Shown here piece after piece: positions 41,101 through 56,467 of a DNA stretch of 64,000 bases. The notes under the pieces are model-generated. The model was not told the DNA's origin. It did no database searches and was given only the letters and a program-made list of their open reading frames with translations. Numbering within the stretch: the stretch's first letter is position 1; every line of letters starts with the position of its first letter. The position numbers were made by a program, and so were the translations under genes. The stretch is taken from NCBI GenBank assembly GCA_053919585.1, contig CM132827.1. The stretch is one strand, 5' to 3'. The DNA comes from Euprymna scolopes. Its lineage: Eukaryota.

Positions 41101-44100
41101 ATGGTTCTTAAACAAGATTTCAACTCAGCGCCGAAAAAGACGGACGCATGTTATCTCGCTCCGTGTCTATTGAACTAAGGCATGGTTCTTAAACAAGATT
41201 TCAACTCAGCGCCGAAGAAGACGGACGCATGTAATCTCGCTCCGTGTCTATTGAACTAAGGCATGGTTCTAAAACAAGATTTCAACTCAGCGCCGAAGAA
41301 GACAGACGCATGTAATCTCGCTCCGTGTCTATTGAACTAAGGCATGGTTCTTAAACAAGATTTCAATCCAGCGCCGAATAAGACGGACGCATGTAATCTC
41401 GCTCCGTGTCTATTGAACTAAGGCATGGTTCTTAAACAAGATTTCAACTCAGCGCCGAATAAGACGGACGCATGTAATCTCGCTCCGTGTCTATTTAACT
41501 AAGGCATGGTTCTAAAACAAGATTTCAACTCAGCGCCGAAGAAGACAGACGCATGTAATCTCGCTCCGTGTCTATTGAACTAAGGCATGGTTCTAAAACA
41601 AGATTTCAACTCAGCGCCGAATAAGACGGACGCATGTAATCTCGCTCCGTGTCTATTGAACTAAGGCATGGTTCTAAAACAAGATTTCAACTCAGCGCCG
41701 AATGAGACAGACGCATGTAATCTCGCTCTGTGTCTATTGAACTAAGGCATGGTTCTAAAACAAGATTTCAACTCGGCGCCGAATAAGACGGACGCATGTA
41801 ATCTCGCTCCGTGTCTATTGAACTAAGGCATGGTTCTTAAACAAGATTTCAACTCAGCGCCGAAAAAGACGGACGCATGTTATCTCGCTCCGTGTCTATT
41901 GAACTAAGGCATGGTTCTTAAACAAGATTTCAACTCAGCGCCGAAGAAGACGGACGCATGTAATCTCGCTCCGTGTCTATTGAACTAAGGCATGGTTCTA
42001 AAACAAGATTTCAACTCAGCGCCGAAGAAGACAGACGCATGTAATCTCGCTCCGTGTCTATTGAACTAAGGCATGGTTCTAAAACAAGATTTCAACTCAG
42101 CGCCGAATAAGACGGACGCATGTAATCTCGCTCCGTGTCTATTGAACTAAGGCATGGTTCTTAAACAAGATTTCAACTCAGCGCCGAATAAGACGGACGC
42201 ATGTAATCTCGCTCCGTGTCTATTGAACTAAGGCATGGTTCTACAACAAGATTTCAACTCGGCGCCGAAGAAGACAGACGCATGTAATCTCGCTCCGTGT
42301 CTATTGAACTAAGGCATGGTTCTTAAACAAGATTTCAACTCAGCGCCGAAGAAGACAGACGCATGTAATCTCGCTCCGTGTCTATTGAACTAAGGCATGG
42401 TTCTAAAACAAGATTTCAACTCAGCGCCGAATAAGACGGACGCATGTAATCTCGCTCCGTGTCTATTGAACTAAGGCATGGTTCTTAAACAAGATTTCAA
42501 CTCAGCGCCAAAGAAGACGGACGCATGTAATCTCGCTCCGTGTCTATTGAACTAAGGCATGGTTCTTAAACAAGATTTCAACTCAGCGCCGAAGAAGACG
42601 GACGCATGTAATCTCGCTCCGTGTCTATTGAACTAAGGCTGGTTCTTAAACAAGATTTCAACTCAGCGCCGAAGAAGACGGACGCATGTAATCTCGCTCC
42701 GTGTCCATTGAACTAAGGCATGGTTCTTAAACAAGATTTCAACTCAGCGCCGAAGAAGACAGACGCATGTAATCTCGCTCCGTGTCTATTGAACTAAGGC
42801 ATGGTTCTTAAACAAGATTTCAACTCAGCGCCGAATAAGACGGACGCATGTAATCTCGCTCCGTGTCTATTGAACTAAGGCATGGTTCTTAAACAAGATT
42901 TCAACTCAGCGCCGAATAAGACGGACGCATGTAATCTCGCTCCGTGTCTATTGAACTAAGGCATGGTTCTTAAACAAGATTTCAACTCGGCGCCGAAGAA
43001 GACGGACGCATGTAATCTCGCTCCGTGCCTATTGAACTAATGCATGGTTCTAAAACAAGATTTCAACTCGGCGCCGAAGAAGACGGACGCATGTAATCTC
43101 GCTCCGTGTCTATTGAACTAAGGCATGGTTCTAAAACAAGATTTCAACTCGGCGCCGAAGAAGACAGACGCATGTAATCTCGCTCCGTGTCTATTGAACT
43201 AAGGCATGGTTCTTAAACAAGATTTCAACTCAGCGCCGAAGAAGACAGACGCATGTAATCTCGCTCCGTGTCTATTGAACTAAGGCATGGTTCTAAAACA
43301 AGATTTCAACTCAGCGCCGTATAGAACGGACGCATGTAATCTCGCTCCGTGTCTATTGAACTAAGGCATGGTTCTTAAACAAGATTTCAACTCAGCGCCG
43401 AATAAGACGGACGCATGTAATCTCGCTCCGTGTCTATTGAACTAAGGCATGGTTCTTAAACAAGATTTCAACTCAGCGCCGAATAAGACAGACGCATGTA
43501 ATCTCGCTCCGTGTCTATTGAACTAAGGCATGGTTCTAAAACAAGATTTCAACTCAGCGCCGAAGAAGACAGACGCATGTAATCTCGCTCCGTGTCTATT
43601 GAACTAAGGCATGGTTCTAAAACAAGATTTCAACTCAGCGCCGAATAAGACGGACGCATGTAATCTCGCTCCGTGTCTATTGAACTAAGGCATGGTTCTT
43701 AAACAAGATTTCAACTCAGCGCCGAATAAGACGGACGCATGTAATCTCGCTCCGTGTCTATTGAACTAAGGCATGGTTCTAAAACAAGATTTCAACTCAG
43801 CGCCGAAGAAGACAGACGCATGTAATCTCGCTCCGTGTCTATTGAACTAAGGCATGGTTCTTAAACAAGATTTCAACTCAGCGCCGAATAAGACAGACGC
43901 ATGTAATCTCGCTCCGTGTCTATTGAACTAAGGCATGGTTCTTAAACAAGATTTCAACTCAGCGCCGAATAAGACAGACGCATGTAATCTCGCTCCGTGT
44001 CTATTGAACTAAGGCATGGTTCTAAAACAAGATTTCAACTCAGCGCCGAAGAAGACAGACGCATGTAATCTCGCTCCGTGTCTATTGAACTAAGGCATGG

Positions 44101-47100
44101 TTCTTAAACAAGATTTCAACTCAGCGCCGAATAAGACGGACGCATGTAATCTCGCTCCGTGTCTATTGAACTAAGGCATGGTTCTTAAACAAGATTTCAA
44201 CTCGGCGCCGAATAAGACGGACGCATGTAATCTCGCTCCGTGCCTATTGAACTAAGGCATGGTTCTAAAACAAGATTTCAACTCAGCGCCGAAGAAGACA
44301 GACGCATGTAATCTCGCTCCGTGTCTATTGAACTAAGGCATGGTTCTTAAACAAGATTTCAATCCAGCGCCGAAGAAGACAGACGCATGTAATCTCGCTC
44401 CGTGTCTATTGAACTAAGGCATGGTTCTAAAACAAGATTTCAACTCAGCGCCGAATAAGACGGACGCATGTAATCTCGCTCCGTGTCTATTGAACTAAGG
44501 CATGGTTCTAAAACAAGTTTTCAACTCAGCGCCGAATAAGACAGACGCATGTAATCTCGCTCCGTGTCTATTGAACTAAGGCATGGTTCTAAAACAAGAT
44601 TTCAACTCGGCGCCGAATAAGACGGACGCATGTAATCTCGCTCCGTGTCTATTGAACTAAGGCATGGTTCTTAAACAAGATTTCAACTCAGCGCCGAAGA
44701 AGACAGACGCATGTAATCTCGCTCCGTGTCTATTGAACTAAGGCATGGTTCTAAAACAAGATTTCAACTCAGCGCCGAATAAGACGAACGCATGTAATCT
44801 CGCTCCGTGTCTATTGAACTAAGGCATGGTTCTTAAACAAGATTTCAACTCAGCGCCGAAGAAGACGGACGCATGTAATCTCGCTCCGTGTCTATTGAAC
44901 TAAGGCTGGTTCTTAAACAAGATTTCAACTCAGCGCCGAAGAAGACGGACGCATGTAATCTCGCTCCGTGTCTATTGAACTAAGGCATGGTTCTTAAACA
45001 AGATTTCAACTCAGCGCCGAAGAAGACAGACGCATGTAATCTCGCTCCGTGTCTATTGAACTAAGGCATGGTTCTAAAACAAGATTTCAACTCAGCGCCG
45101 AATAAGACGGACGCATGTAATCTCGCTCCGTGTCTATTGAACTAAGGCATGGTTTTAAACAAGATTTCAACTCAGCGCCGAATAAGACGGACGCATGTAA
45201 TCTCGCTCCGTGTCTATTTAACTAAGGCATGGTTCTAAAACAAGATTTCAACTCAGCGCCGAATAAGACGGACGCATGTAATCTCGCTCCGTGTCTATTG
45301 AACTAAGGCATGGTTCTTAAACAAGATTTCAACTCAGCGCCGAATAAGACGGACGCATGTAATCTCGCTCCGTGTCTATTGAACTAAGGCATGGTTCTAA
45401 AACAAGATTTCAACTCAGCGCCGAATGAGACAGACGCATGTAATCTCGCTCTGTGTCTATTGAACTAAGGCATGGTTCTAAAACAAGATTTCAACTCGGC
45501 GCCGAATAAGACGGACGCATGTAATCTCGCTCCGTGTCTATTGAACTAAGGCATGGTTCTTAAACAAGATTTCAACTCAGCGCCGAAAAAGACGGACGCA
45601 TGTTATCTCGCTCCGTGTCTATTGAACTAAGGCATGGTTCTTAAACAAGATTTCAACTCAGCGCCGAAGAAGACAGACGCATGTAATCTCGCTCCGTGTC
45701 TATTGAACTAAGGCATGGTTCTAAAACAAGATTTCAACTCAGCGCCGAAGAAGACAGACGCATGTAATCTCGCTCCGTGTCTATTGAACTAAGGCATGGT
45801 TCTTAAACAAGATTTCAACTCAGCGCCGAAGAAGACGGACGCATGTAATCTCGCTCCGTGTCTATTGAACTAAGGCTGGTTCTTAAACAAGATTTCAACT
45901 CAGCGCCGAATAAGACGGACGCATGTAATCTCGCTCCGTGTCTATTGAACTAAGGCATGGTTCTTAAACAAGATTTCAACTCAGCGCCGAATAAGACGGA
46001 CGCATGTAATCTCGCTCCGTGTCTATTGAACTAAGGCATGGTTCTTAACCAAGATTTCAACTCAGCGCTGAAGAAGACGGACGCATGTAATCTCGCTCCG
46101 TGCCTATTGAACTAAGGCATGGTTCTTAAACAAGATTTCAACTCGGCGCCGAAGAAGACGGACGCATGTAATCTCGCTCCGTGTCTATTGAACTAAGGCA
46201 TGGTTCTTAAACAAGATTTCAACTCAGCGCCGAATAAGACGTACGCATGTAATCTCGCTCCGTGTCTATTGAACTAAGGCATGGTTCTTAAACAAGATTT
46301 CAACTCAGCGCCGAATAAGACGGACGCATGTAATCTCGCTCCGTGTCTATTGAACTAAGGCATGGTTCTTAAACAAGATTTCAACTCGGCGCCGAAGAAG
46401 ACGGACGCATGTAATCTCGCTCCGTGTCTATTGAACTAAGGCATGGTTCTTAAACAAGATTTCAACTCGGCGCTGAAGAAGACGGACGCATGTAATCTCG
46501 CTCCGTGTCTATTGAACTAAGGCATGGTTCTTAAACAAGATTTCAACTCGGCGCCGAAGAAGACAGACGCATGTAATCTCGCTCCGTGCTTATTGAACTA
46601 AGGCATGGTTCTTAAACAAGATTTCAACTCGGCGCCGAAGAAGACGGACGCATGTAATCTCGCTCCGTGCCTATTGAACTAAGGCATGGTTCTTAAACAA
46701 GATTTCAACTCGGCGCCGAAGAAGACGGACGCAAGTAATCTCGCTCCGTGCCTATTGAACTAAGGCATGGTTCTTAAACAAGATTTCAACTCGGCGCCGA
46801 AGAAGACGGACGCATGTAATCTCGCTCCGTGCCTATTGAACTAAGGCATGGTTCTAAAACAAGATTTCAACTCGGCGCCGAAGAAGACGGACGCATGTAA
46901 TCTCGCTCCGTGCCTATTGAACTAAGGCATGGTTCTTAAACAAGATTTCAACTCGGCGCCGAAGAAGACGGGCGCATGTAATCTCGCTCCGTGCCTATTG
47001 AACTAAGGCATGGTTCTTAAACAAGATTTCAACTCGGCGCCGAAGAAGACGGACGCATGTAATCTCGCTCCGTGCCTATTGAACTAAGGCATGGTTCTTA

Positions 47101-50100
47101 AACAAGATTTCAACTCGGCGCCGAAGAAGACGGACGCATGTAATCTCGCTCCATGCCTATTGAACTAAGGCATGGTTCTAAAACAAGATTTCAACTCGGC
47201 GCCGAAGAAGACGGACGCATGTAATCTCGCTCCGTGTCTATTGAACTAAGGCATGGTTCTTAAACAAGATTTCAACTCGGCGCCGAAGAAGACGGACGCA
47301 TGTAATCTCGCTCCGTGTCTATTGAACTAAGGCATGGTTCTAAAACAAGATTTCAACTCAGCGCCGAATAAGACGGACGCATGTAATCTCGCTCCGTGTC
47401 TATTGAACTAAGGCATGGTTCTAAAACAAGATTTCAACTCAGCGCCGAATAAGACGGACGCATGTAATCTCGCTCCGTGTCTATTGAACTAAGGCATGGT
47501 TCTTAAACAAGATTTCAACTCAGCGCCGAATAAGACGGACGCATGTAATCTCGCTCCGTGTCTATTGAACTAAGGCATGGTTCTAAAACAAGATTTCAAC
47601 TCGGCGCCGAAGAATACAGACGCATGTAATCTCGCTCCGTGTCTATTGAACTAAGGCATGGTTCTTAAACAAGATTTCAACTCAGCGCCGAAGAAGACAG
47701 ACGCATGTAATCTCGCTCCGTGTCTATTGAACTAAGGCATGGTTCTAAAACAAGATTTCAACTCAGCGCCGAATAAGACGGACGCATGTAATCTCGCTCC
47801 GTGTCTATTGAACTAAGGCATGGTTCTTAAACAAGATTTCAACTCAGCGCCAAAGAAGACGGACGCATGTAATCTCGCTCCGTGTCTATTGAACTAAGGC
47901 ATGGTTCTTAAACAAGATTTCAACTCAGCGCCGAAGAAGACGGCCGCATGTAATCTCGCTCCGTGTCTATTGAACTAAGGCTGGTTCTTAAACAAGATTT
48001 CAACTCAGCGCCGAAGAAGACGGACGCATGTAATCTCGCTCCGTGTCTATTGAACTAAGGCATGGTTCTTAAACAAGATTTCAACTCAGCGCCGAAGAAG
48101 ACAGACGCATGTAATCTCGCTCCGTGTCTATTGAACTAAGGCATGGTTCTTAAACAAGATTTCAACTCAGCGCCGAATAAGACGGACGCATGTAATCTCG
48201 TTCCGTGTCTATTGAACTAAGGCATGGTTCTTAAACAAGATTTCAACTCAGCGCCGAATAAGACGGACGCATGTAATCTCGCTCCGTGTCTATTGAACTA
48301 AGGCATGGTTCTTAAACAAGATTTCAACTCGGCGCCGAATAAGACGGACGCATGTAATCTCGCTCCGTGCCTATTGAACTAATGCATGGTTCTAAAACAA
48401 GATTTCAACTCGGCGCCGAAGAAGACGGACGCATGTAATCTCGCTCCGTGTCTATTGAACTAAGGCATGGTTCTTAAACAAGATTTCAACTCAGCGCCGA
48501 ATAAGACGGACGCATGTAATCTCGCTCCGTGTCTATTGAACTAAGGCATGGTTCTTAAACAAGATTTCAACTCAGCGCCGAATAAGACGGACGCATGTAA
48601 TCTCGCTCCGTGTCTATTGAACTAAGGCATGGTTCTTAAACAAGATTTCAACTCAGCGCCGAAGAAGACGGACGCATGTAATCTCGCTCCGTGCCTATTG
48701 AACTAAGGCATGGTTCTTAAACAAGATTTCAACTCGGCGCCGAATAAGACGGACGCATGTAATCTCGCTCCGTGTCTATTGAACTAAGGCATGGTTCTTA
48801 AACAAGATTTCAACTCAGCGCCGAATAAGACGGACGCATGTAATCTCGCTCCGTGTCTATTGAACTAAGGCATGGTTCTAAAACAAGATTTCAATTCAGC
48901 GCCGAAGAAGACAGACGCATGTAATCTCGCTCCGTGTCTATTGAACTAAGGCATGGTTCGAAAACAAGATTTCAACTCAGCGCCGAATAAGACGGACGCA
49001 TGTAATCTCGCTCCGTGTCTATTGAACTAAGGCATGGTTCTTAAACAAGATTTCAACTCAGCGCCGAATAAGACGGACGCATGTAATCTCGCTCCGTGTC
49101 TATTGAACTAAGGCATGGTTCTAAAACAAGATTTCAACTCAGCGCCGAAGAAGACAGACGCATGTAATCTCGCTCCGTGTCAATTGAACTAAGGCATGGT
49201 TCTAAAACAAGATTTCAACTCAGCGCCGAATAAGACGGACGCATGTAATCTCGCTCCGTGTCTATTGAACTAAGGCATGGTTCTTAAACAAGATTTCAAC
49301 TCAGCGCCGAAGAAGACGGACGCATGTAATCTCGCTCCGTGTCTATTGAACTAAGGCTGGTTCTTAAACAAGATTTCAACTCAGCGCCGAATAAGACGGA
49401 CGCATGTAATCTCGCTCCGTGTCTATTGAACTAAGGCATGGTTCTTAAACAAGATTTCAACTCAGCGCCGAATAAGACGGACGCATGTAATCTCGCTCCG
49501 TGTCTATTGAACTAAGGCATGGTTCTTAAACAAGATTTCAACTCAGCGCTGAAGAAGACGGACGCATGTAATCTCGCTCCGTGCCTATTGAACTAAGGCA
49601 TGGTTCTTAAACAAGATTTCAACTCGGCGCCGAAGAAGACGGACGCATGTAATCTCGCTCCGTGTCTATTGAACTAAGGCATGGTTCTTAAACAAGATTT
49701 CAACTCAGCGCCGAATAAGACGTACGCATGTAATCTCGCTCCGTGTCTATTGAACTAAGGCATGGTTCTTAAACAAGATTTCAACTCAGCGCCGAATAAG
49801 ACGGACGCATGTAATCTCGCTCCGTGTCTATTGAACTAAGGCATGGTTCTTAAACAAGATTTCAACTCGGCGCCGAAGAAGACGGACGCATGTAATCTCG
49901 CTCCGTGTCTATTGAACTAAGGCATGGTTCTTAAACAAGATTTCAACTCGGCGCTGAAGAAGACGGACGCATGTAATCTCGCTCCGTGTCTATTGAACTA
50001 AGGCATGGTTCTTAAACAAGATTTCAACTCGGCGCCGAAGAAGACAGACGCATGTAATCTCGCTCCGTGCCTATTGAACTAAGGCATGGTTCTTAAACAA

Positions 50101-52800
50101 GATTTCAACTCGGCGCCGAAGAAGACGGACGCATGTAATCTCGCTCCGTGCCTATTGAACTAAGGCATGGTTCTTAAACAAGATTTCAACTCGGCGCCGA
50201 AGAAGACGGACGCATGTAATCTCGCTCCGTGCCTATTGAACTAAGGCATGGTTCTTAAACAAGATTTCAACTCGGCGCCGAAGAAGACGGACACATGTAA
50301 TCTCGCTCCGTGCCTATTGAACTAAGGCATGGTTCTAAACAAGATTTCAACTCGGCGCCGAAGAAGACGGACGCATGTAATCTCGCTCCGTGCCTATTGA
50401 ACTAAGGCATGGTTCTTAAACAAGATTTCAACTCGGCGCCGAAGAAGACGGGCGCATGTAATCTCGCTCCGTGCCTATTGAACTAAGGCATGGTTCTTAA
50501 ACAAGATTTCAACTCGGCGCCGAAGAAGACGGACGCATGTAATCTCGCTCCGTGCCTATTGAACTAAGGCATGGTTCTTAAACAAGATTTCAACTCGGCG
50601 CCGAAGAAGACGGACGCATGTAATCTCGCTCCATGCCTATTGAACTAAGGCATGGTTCTAAAACAAGATTTCAACTCGGCGCCGAAGAAGACGGACGCAT
50701 GTAATCTCGCTCCGTGTCTATTGAACTAAGGCATGGTTCTTAAACAAGATTTCAACTCGGCGCCGAAGAAGACGGACGCATGTAATCTCGCTCCGTGTCT
50801 ATTGAACTAAGGCATGGTTCTAAAACAAGATTTCAACTCAGCGCCGAATAAGACGGACGCATGTAATCTCGCTCCGTGTCTATTGAACTAAGGCATGGTT
50901 CTAAAACAAGATTTCAACTCAGCGCCGAATAAGACGGACGCATGTAATCTCGCTCCGTGTCTATTGAACTAAGGCATGGTTCTTAAACAAGATTTCAACT
51001 CAGTGCCGAATAAGACGGACGCATGTAATCTCGCTCCGTGTCTATTGAACTAAGGCATGGTTCTAAAACAAGATTTCAACTCAGCGCCGAATAAGACGGA
51101 CGCATGTAATCTCGCTCCGTGTCTATTGAACTAAGGCATGGTTCTTAAACAAGATTTCAATTCAGCGCCGAATAAGACGGACGCATGTAATCTCGCTCCG
51201 TGTCTATTGAACTAAGGCATGGTTCTTAAACAAGATTTCAACTCAGCGCCGAAGAAGACAGACGCATGTAATCTCGCTCCGTGTCTATTGAACTAAGGCA
51301 TGGTTCTAAAACAAGATTTCAACTCGGCGCCGAAGAAGACGGACGCACGTAATCTCGCTCCGTGTCTATTGAACTAAGGCATGGTTCTAAAACAAGATTT
51401 CAACTCGGCGCCGAAGAAGACGGACGCATGTAATCTCGCTCCGTGCCTATTGAACTAAGGCATGGTTCTAAAACAAGATTTCAACTCGGCGCCGAAGAAG
51501 ACGGACGCATGTAATCTCGCTCCGTGCCTATTGAACTAAGGCATGGTTCTTAAACAAGATTTCAACTCGGCGCCGAAGAAGACTGGCGCATGTAATCTCG
51601 CTCCGTGCCTATTGAACTAAGGCATGGTTCTTAAACAAGATTTCAACTCGGCGCCGAAGAAGACGGACGCATGTAATCTCGCTCCGTGCCTATTGAACTA
51701 AGGCATGGTTCTTAAACAAGATTTCAACTCGGCGCCGAAGAAGACGGACGCATGTAATCTCGCTCCATGCCTATTGAACTAAGGCATGGTTCTAAAACAA
51801 GATTTCAACTCGGCGCCGAAGAAGACGGACGCATGTAATCTCGCTCCGTGTCTATTGAACTAAGGCATGGTTCTTAAACAAGATTTCAACTCGGCGCCGA
51901 AGAAGACGGACGCATGTAATCTCGCTCCGTGTCTATTGAACTAAGGCATGGTTCTAAAACAAGATTTCAACTCAGCGCCGAATAAGACGGACGCATGTAA
52001 TCTCGCTCCGTGTCTATTGAACAAAGGCATGGTTCTAAAACAAGATTTCAACTCAGCGCCGAATAAGACGGACGCATGTAATCTCGCTCCGTGTCTATTG
52101 AACTAAGGCATGGTTCTTAAACAAGATTTCAACTCAGCGCCGAATAAGACGGACGCATGTAATCTCGCTCCGTGTCTATTGAACTAAGGCATGGTTCTAA
52201 AACAAGATTTCAACTCAGCGCCGAATAAGACGGACGCATGTAATCTCGCTCCGTGTCTATTGAACTAAGGCATGGTTCTTAAACAAGATTTCAATTCAGC
52301 GCCGAATAAGACGGACGCATGTAATCTCGCTCCGTGTCTATTGAACTAAGGCATGGTTCTTAAACAAGATTTCAACTCAGCGCCGAAGAAGACAGACGCA
52401 TGTAATCTCGCTCCGTGTCTATTGAACTAAGGCATGGTTCTAAAACAAGATTTCAACTCAGCGCCGAATAAGACGGACGCATGTAATCTCGCTCCGTGTC
52501 TATTGAACTAAGGCATGGTTCTTAAACAAGATTTCAACTCAGCGCCGAATAAGACGGACGCATGTAATCTCGCTCCGTGTCTATTGAACTAAGGCATGGT
52601 TCTTAAACAAGATTTCAATTCAGCGCCGAATAAGACGGACGCATGTAATCTCGCTCCGTGTCTATTGAACTAAGGCATGGTTCTTAAACAAGATTTCAAC
52701 TCAGCGCCGAAGAAGACAGACGCATGTAATCTCGCTCCGTGTCTATTGAACTAAGGCATGGTTCTAAAACAAGATTTCAACTCAGCGCCGAATAAGACGG
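35200..52800. repeat. Satellite sub-domain marked by G40A, G49T and A22T, mostly T79
   Basis: TCAGCGCCGAATAAG and GTTCTTAAAC dominate from about 35216. The same type reappears at about 56470-59450. Confidence 0.88.
40560..42020. repeat. Tandem duplication of a 9-monomer (729 bp) block
   Basis: CAATCC at 40638/41367, plus TATTTAAC, GAATGAGAC and GAAAAAGAC..GTTATC, each repeated 729 bp later. Confidence 0.92.
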
Positions 52801-52987
52801 ACGCACGTAATCTCGCTCCGTGTCTATTGAACTAAGGCATGGTTCTAAAACAAGATTTCAACCTGGCGCCGAAGAAGACGGACGCATGTAATCTCGCTCC
52901 GTGTCTATTGAACTAAGGCATGGTTCTAAAACAAGATTTCAACTCGGCGCCGAAGAAGACAGACGCACGTAATCTCACTCCGTGCCT

Positions 52988-53067
52988 ATTGAACTAAGGC
53001 ATGGTTCTAAAACAAGATTCAACTTGACGTCGTGCCAAGCAGACGCGCGTAATCTCGCTCTGTGCCT
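52988..53067. repeat. Diverged 80-bp monomer, copy 1
   Basis: AAGATTCAACTTGACGTCGTGCCAAGCAGACGCGCGTAATCTCGCTCTG; about 12 substitutions plus a 1-bp deletion versus consensus. Confidence 0.95.
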
Positions 53068-54687
53068 ATTGAACTAAGGCATGGTTCTAAAACAAGATTT
53101 CAACTCGGCGCCGAAGAAGACAGACGCACGTAATCTCGCTCCGTGCCTATTGAACTAAGGCATGGTTCTAAAACAAGATTTCAACTTGGCGCCGAAGAAG
53201 ACAGACGCATGTAATCTCGCTCCGTGTCTATTGAACTAAGGCATGGTTCTAAAACAAGATTTCAACTCGGCGCCGAAGAAGACGGACGCATGTAATCTCG
53301 CTCCGTGTCTATTGAACTAAGGCATGGTTCTAAAACAAGATTTCAACTCGGCGCCGAAGAAGACAGACGCATGTAATCTCGCTCCGTGTCTATTGACCTA
53401 AGGCATGGTTCTAAAACAAGATTTCAACTCGGCGCCGACGAAGACAGACGCATGTAATCTCGCTCCGTGTCTATTGAACTAAGGCATGGTTCTAAAACAA
53501 GATTTCAACTCGGCGCCGAAGAAGACAGATGCACGTAATCTCGCTCCGTGCCTATTGAACTAAGGCATGGTTCTAAAACAAGATTTCAACTCGGCGCCGA
53601 AGAAGACAGACGCATGTAATCTCGCTCCGTGTCTATTGAACTAAGGCATGCTTCTAAAACAAGATTTCACCTCGGCGCCGAAGAAGACAGACGCATGTAA
53701 TCTCGCTCCGTGTCTATTGAACTAAGGCATGGTTCTAAAACAAGATTTCAACTCGGCGCCGACGAAGACAGACGCATGTAATCTCGCTCCGTGCCTATTG
53801 AACTAAGGCATGGTTCTAAAACAAGATTTCAACTCGGCGCCGAAGAAGACAGACGCATGTAATCTCGCTCCGTGCCTATTGAACTAAGGCATGGTTCTAA
53901 AACAAGATTTCAACTCGGCGCCGAAGAAGACGGACGCATGTAATCTCGCTCCGTGCCTATTGAACTAAGGCATGGTTCTAAAACAAGATTTCAACTCGGC
54001 GCCGAAGAAGACAGACGCATGTAATCTCGCTCCGTGCCTATTGAACTAAGGCATGGTTCTAAAACAAGATTTCAACTCGGCGCCGACGAAGACAGACGCA
54101 TGTAATCTCGCTCCGTGTCTATTGAACTAAGGCATGGTTCTAAAACAAGATTTCAACTCGGCGCCGAAGAAGACAGATGCACGTAATCTCGCTCCGTGCC
54201 TATTGAACTAAGGCATGGTTCTAAAACAAGATTTCAACTCGGCGCCGAAGAAGACAGACGCATGTAATCTCGCTCCGTGTCTATTGAACTAAGGCATGGT
54301 TCTAAAACAAGATTTCAACTCGGCGCCGACGAAGACAGACGCATGTAATCTCGCTCCGTGTTTATTGAACTAAGGCATGGTTCTAAAACAAGATTTCACC
54401 TCGGCGCCGAAGAAGACAGACGCATGTAATCTCGCTCCGTGTCTATTGAACTAAGGCATGGTTCTAAAACAAGATTTCAACTCGGCGCCGAAGAAGACGG
54501 ACGTTTGTAATCTCGCTCCGTGTCTATTGAACTAAGGCATGGTTCTAAAACAAGATTTCAACTCGGCGCCGAAGAAGACGGACGCATGTAATCTCGCTCC
54601 GTGTCTATTGAACTAAGGCATGGTTCTAAAACAAGATTTCAACTCGGCGCCGAAGAAGACAGACGCACGTAATCTCACTCCGTCCCT

Positions 54688-54767
54688 ATTGAACTAAGGC
54701 ATGGTTCTAAAACAAGATTCAACTTGACGTCGTGCCAAGCAGACGCGCGTAATCTCGCTCTGTGCCT
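54688..54767. repeat. Diverged 80-bp monomer, copy 2
   Basis: Same sequence, 1700 bp after copy 1. Confidence 0.95.
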
Positions 54768-56387
54768 ATTGAACTAAGGCATGGTTCTAAAACAAGATTT
54801 CAACTCGGCGCCGAAGAAGACAGACGCACGTAATCTCGCTCTGTGCCTATTGAACTAAGGCATGGTTCTAAAACAAGATTTCAACTCAGCGCCGAAGAAG
54901 ACAGACGCACGTAATCTCGCTCCGTGTCTATTGAACTAAGGCATGGTTCTAAAACAAGATTTCAACTCGGCGCCGAAGAAGACAGACGCATGTAATCTCG
55001 CTCCGTGTCTATTGAACTAAGGCATGGTTCTTAAACAAGATTTCAACTCAGCGCCGAAGAAGACAGACGCACGTAATCTCGCTCCGTGTCTATTGAACTA
55101 AGGCATTGTTCTTAAACAAGATTTCAACTCGGCGCCGAAGAAGACAGACGCATGTAATCTCGCTCCGTGTCTATTGAACTAAGGCATGGTTCTAAAACAA
55201 GATTTCAACTCAGCGCCAAAGAAGACAGACGCACGTAATCTCGCTCCGTGTCTATTGAACTAAGGCATGGTTCTAAAACAAGATTTCAACTCGGCGCCGA
55301 AGAAGACAGACGCACGTAATCTCGCTCCGTGCCTATTGAACTAAGGCATGGTTCTTAAACAAGATTTCAACTCAGCGCCGAAGAAGACAGACGCATGTAA
55401 TCTCGCTCCGTGTCTATTGAACTAAGGCATGGTTCTAAAACAAGATTTCAACTCGGCGCCGAAGAAGACAGACGCATGTAATCTCGCTCCGTGTCTATTG
55501 AACAAAGGCATGGTTCTAAAACAAGATTTCAACTCGGCGCCGAAGAAGACGGACGCATGTAATCTCGCTCCGTGTCTATTGAACTAAGGCATGGTTCTAA
55601 AACAAGATTTCAACTCGGCGCCGAAGAAGACGGACGCATGTAATCTCGCTCCGTGCCTATTGAACTAAGGCATGGTTCTAAAACAAGATTTCAACTCGGC
55701 GCCGAAGAAGACAGACGCATGTAATCTCGCTCTGTGCCTATTGAACTAAGGCATGGTTCTAAAACAAGATTTCAACTCGGCGCCGACGAAGACAGACGCA
55801 TGTAATCTCGCTCCGTGTCTATTGAACTAAGGCATGGTTCTAAAACAAAATTTCAACTCGGCGCCGAAGAAGACAGATGCACGTAATCTCGCTCCGTGCC
55901 TATTGAACTAAGGCATGGTTCTAAAACAAGATTTCAACTCGGCGCCGAAGAAGACAGACGCATGTAATCTCGCTCCGTGTCTATTGAACTAAGGCATGGT
56001 TCTAAAACAAGATTTCAACTCGGCGCCGACGAAGACAGACGCATGTAATCTCGCTCCGTGTCTATTGAACTAAGGCATGGTTCTAAAACAAGATTTCACC
56101 TCGGCGCCGAAGAAGACAGACGCATGTAATCTCGCTCCGTGTCTATTGAACTAAGGCATGGTTCTAAAACAAGATTTCAACTCGGCGCCGAAGAAGACGG
56201 ACGCATGTAATCTCGCTCCGTGTCTATTGAACTAAGGCATGGTTCTAAAACAAGATTTCAACTCGGCGCCGAAGAAGACGGACGCATGTAATCTCGCTCC
56301 GTGTCTATTTAACTAAGGCATGGTTCTAAAACAAGATTTCAACTCGGCGCCGAAGAAGACAGACGCACGTAATCTCACTCCGTCCCT

Positions 56388-56467
56388 ATTGAACTAAGGC
56401 ATGGTTCTAAAACAAGATTCAACTTGACGTCGTGCCAAGCAGACGCGCGTAATCTCGCTCTGTGCCT
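56388..56467. repeat. Diverged 80-bp monomer, copy 3
   Basis: Same sequence, 1700 bp after copy 2; immediately followed by a switch in monomer type. Confidence 0.95.

Noticed and set aside
32590-50345. Singleton 1-bp deletions near 32596, 45155 and 50339
   Set aside because: Each occurs once, in or next to a short homopolymer, so they may be sequencing errors and were not interpreted.
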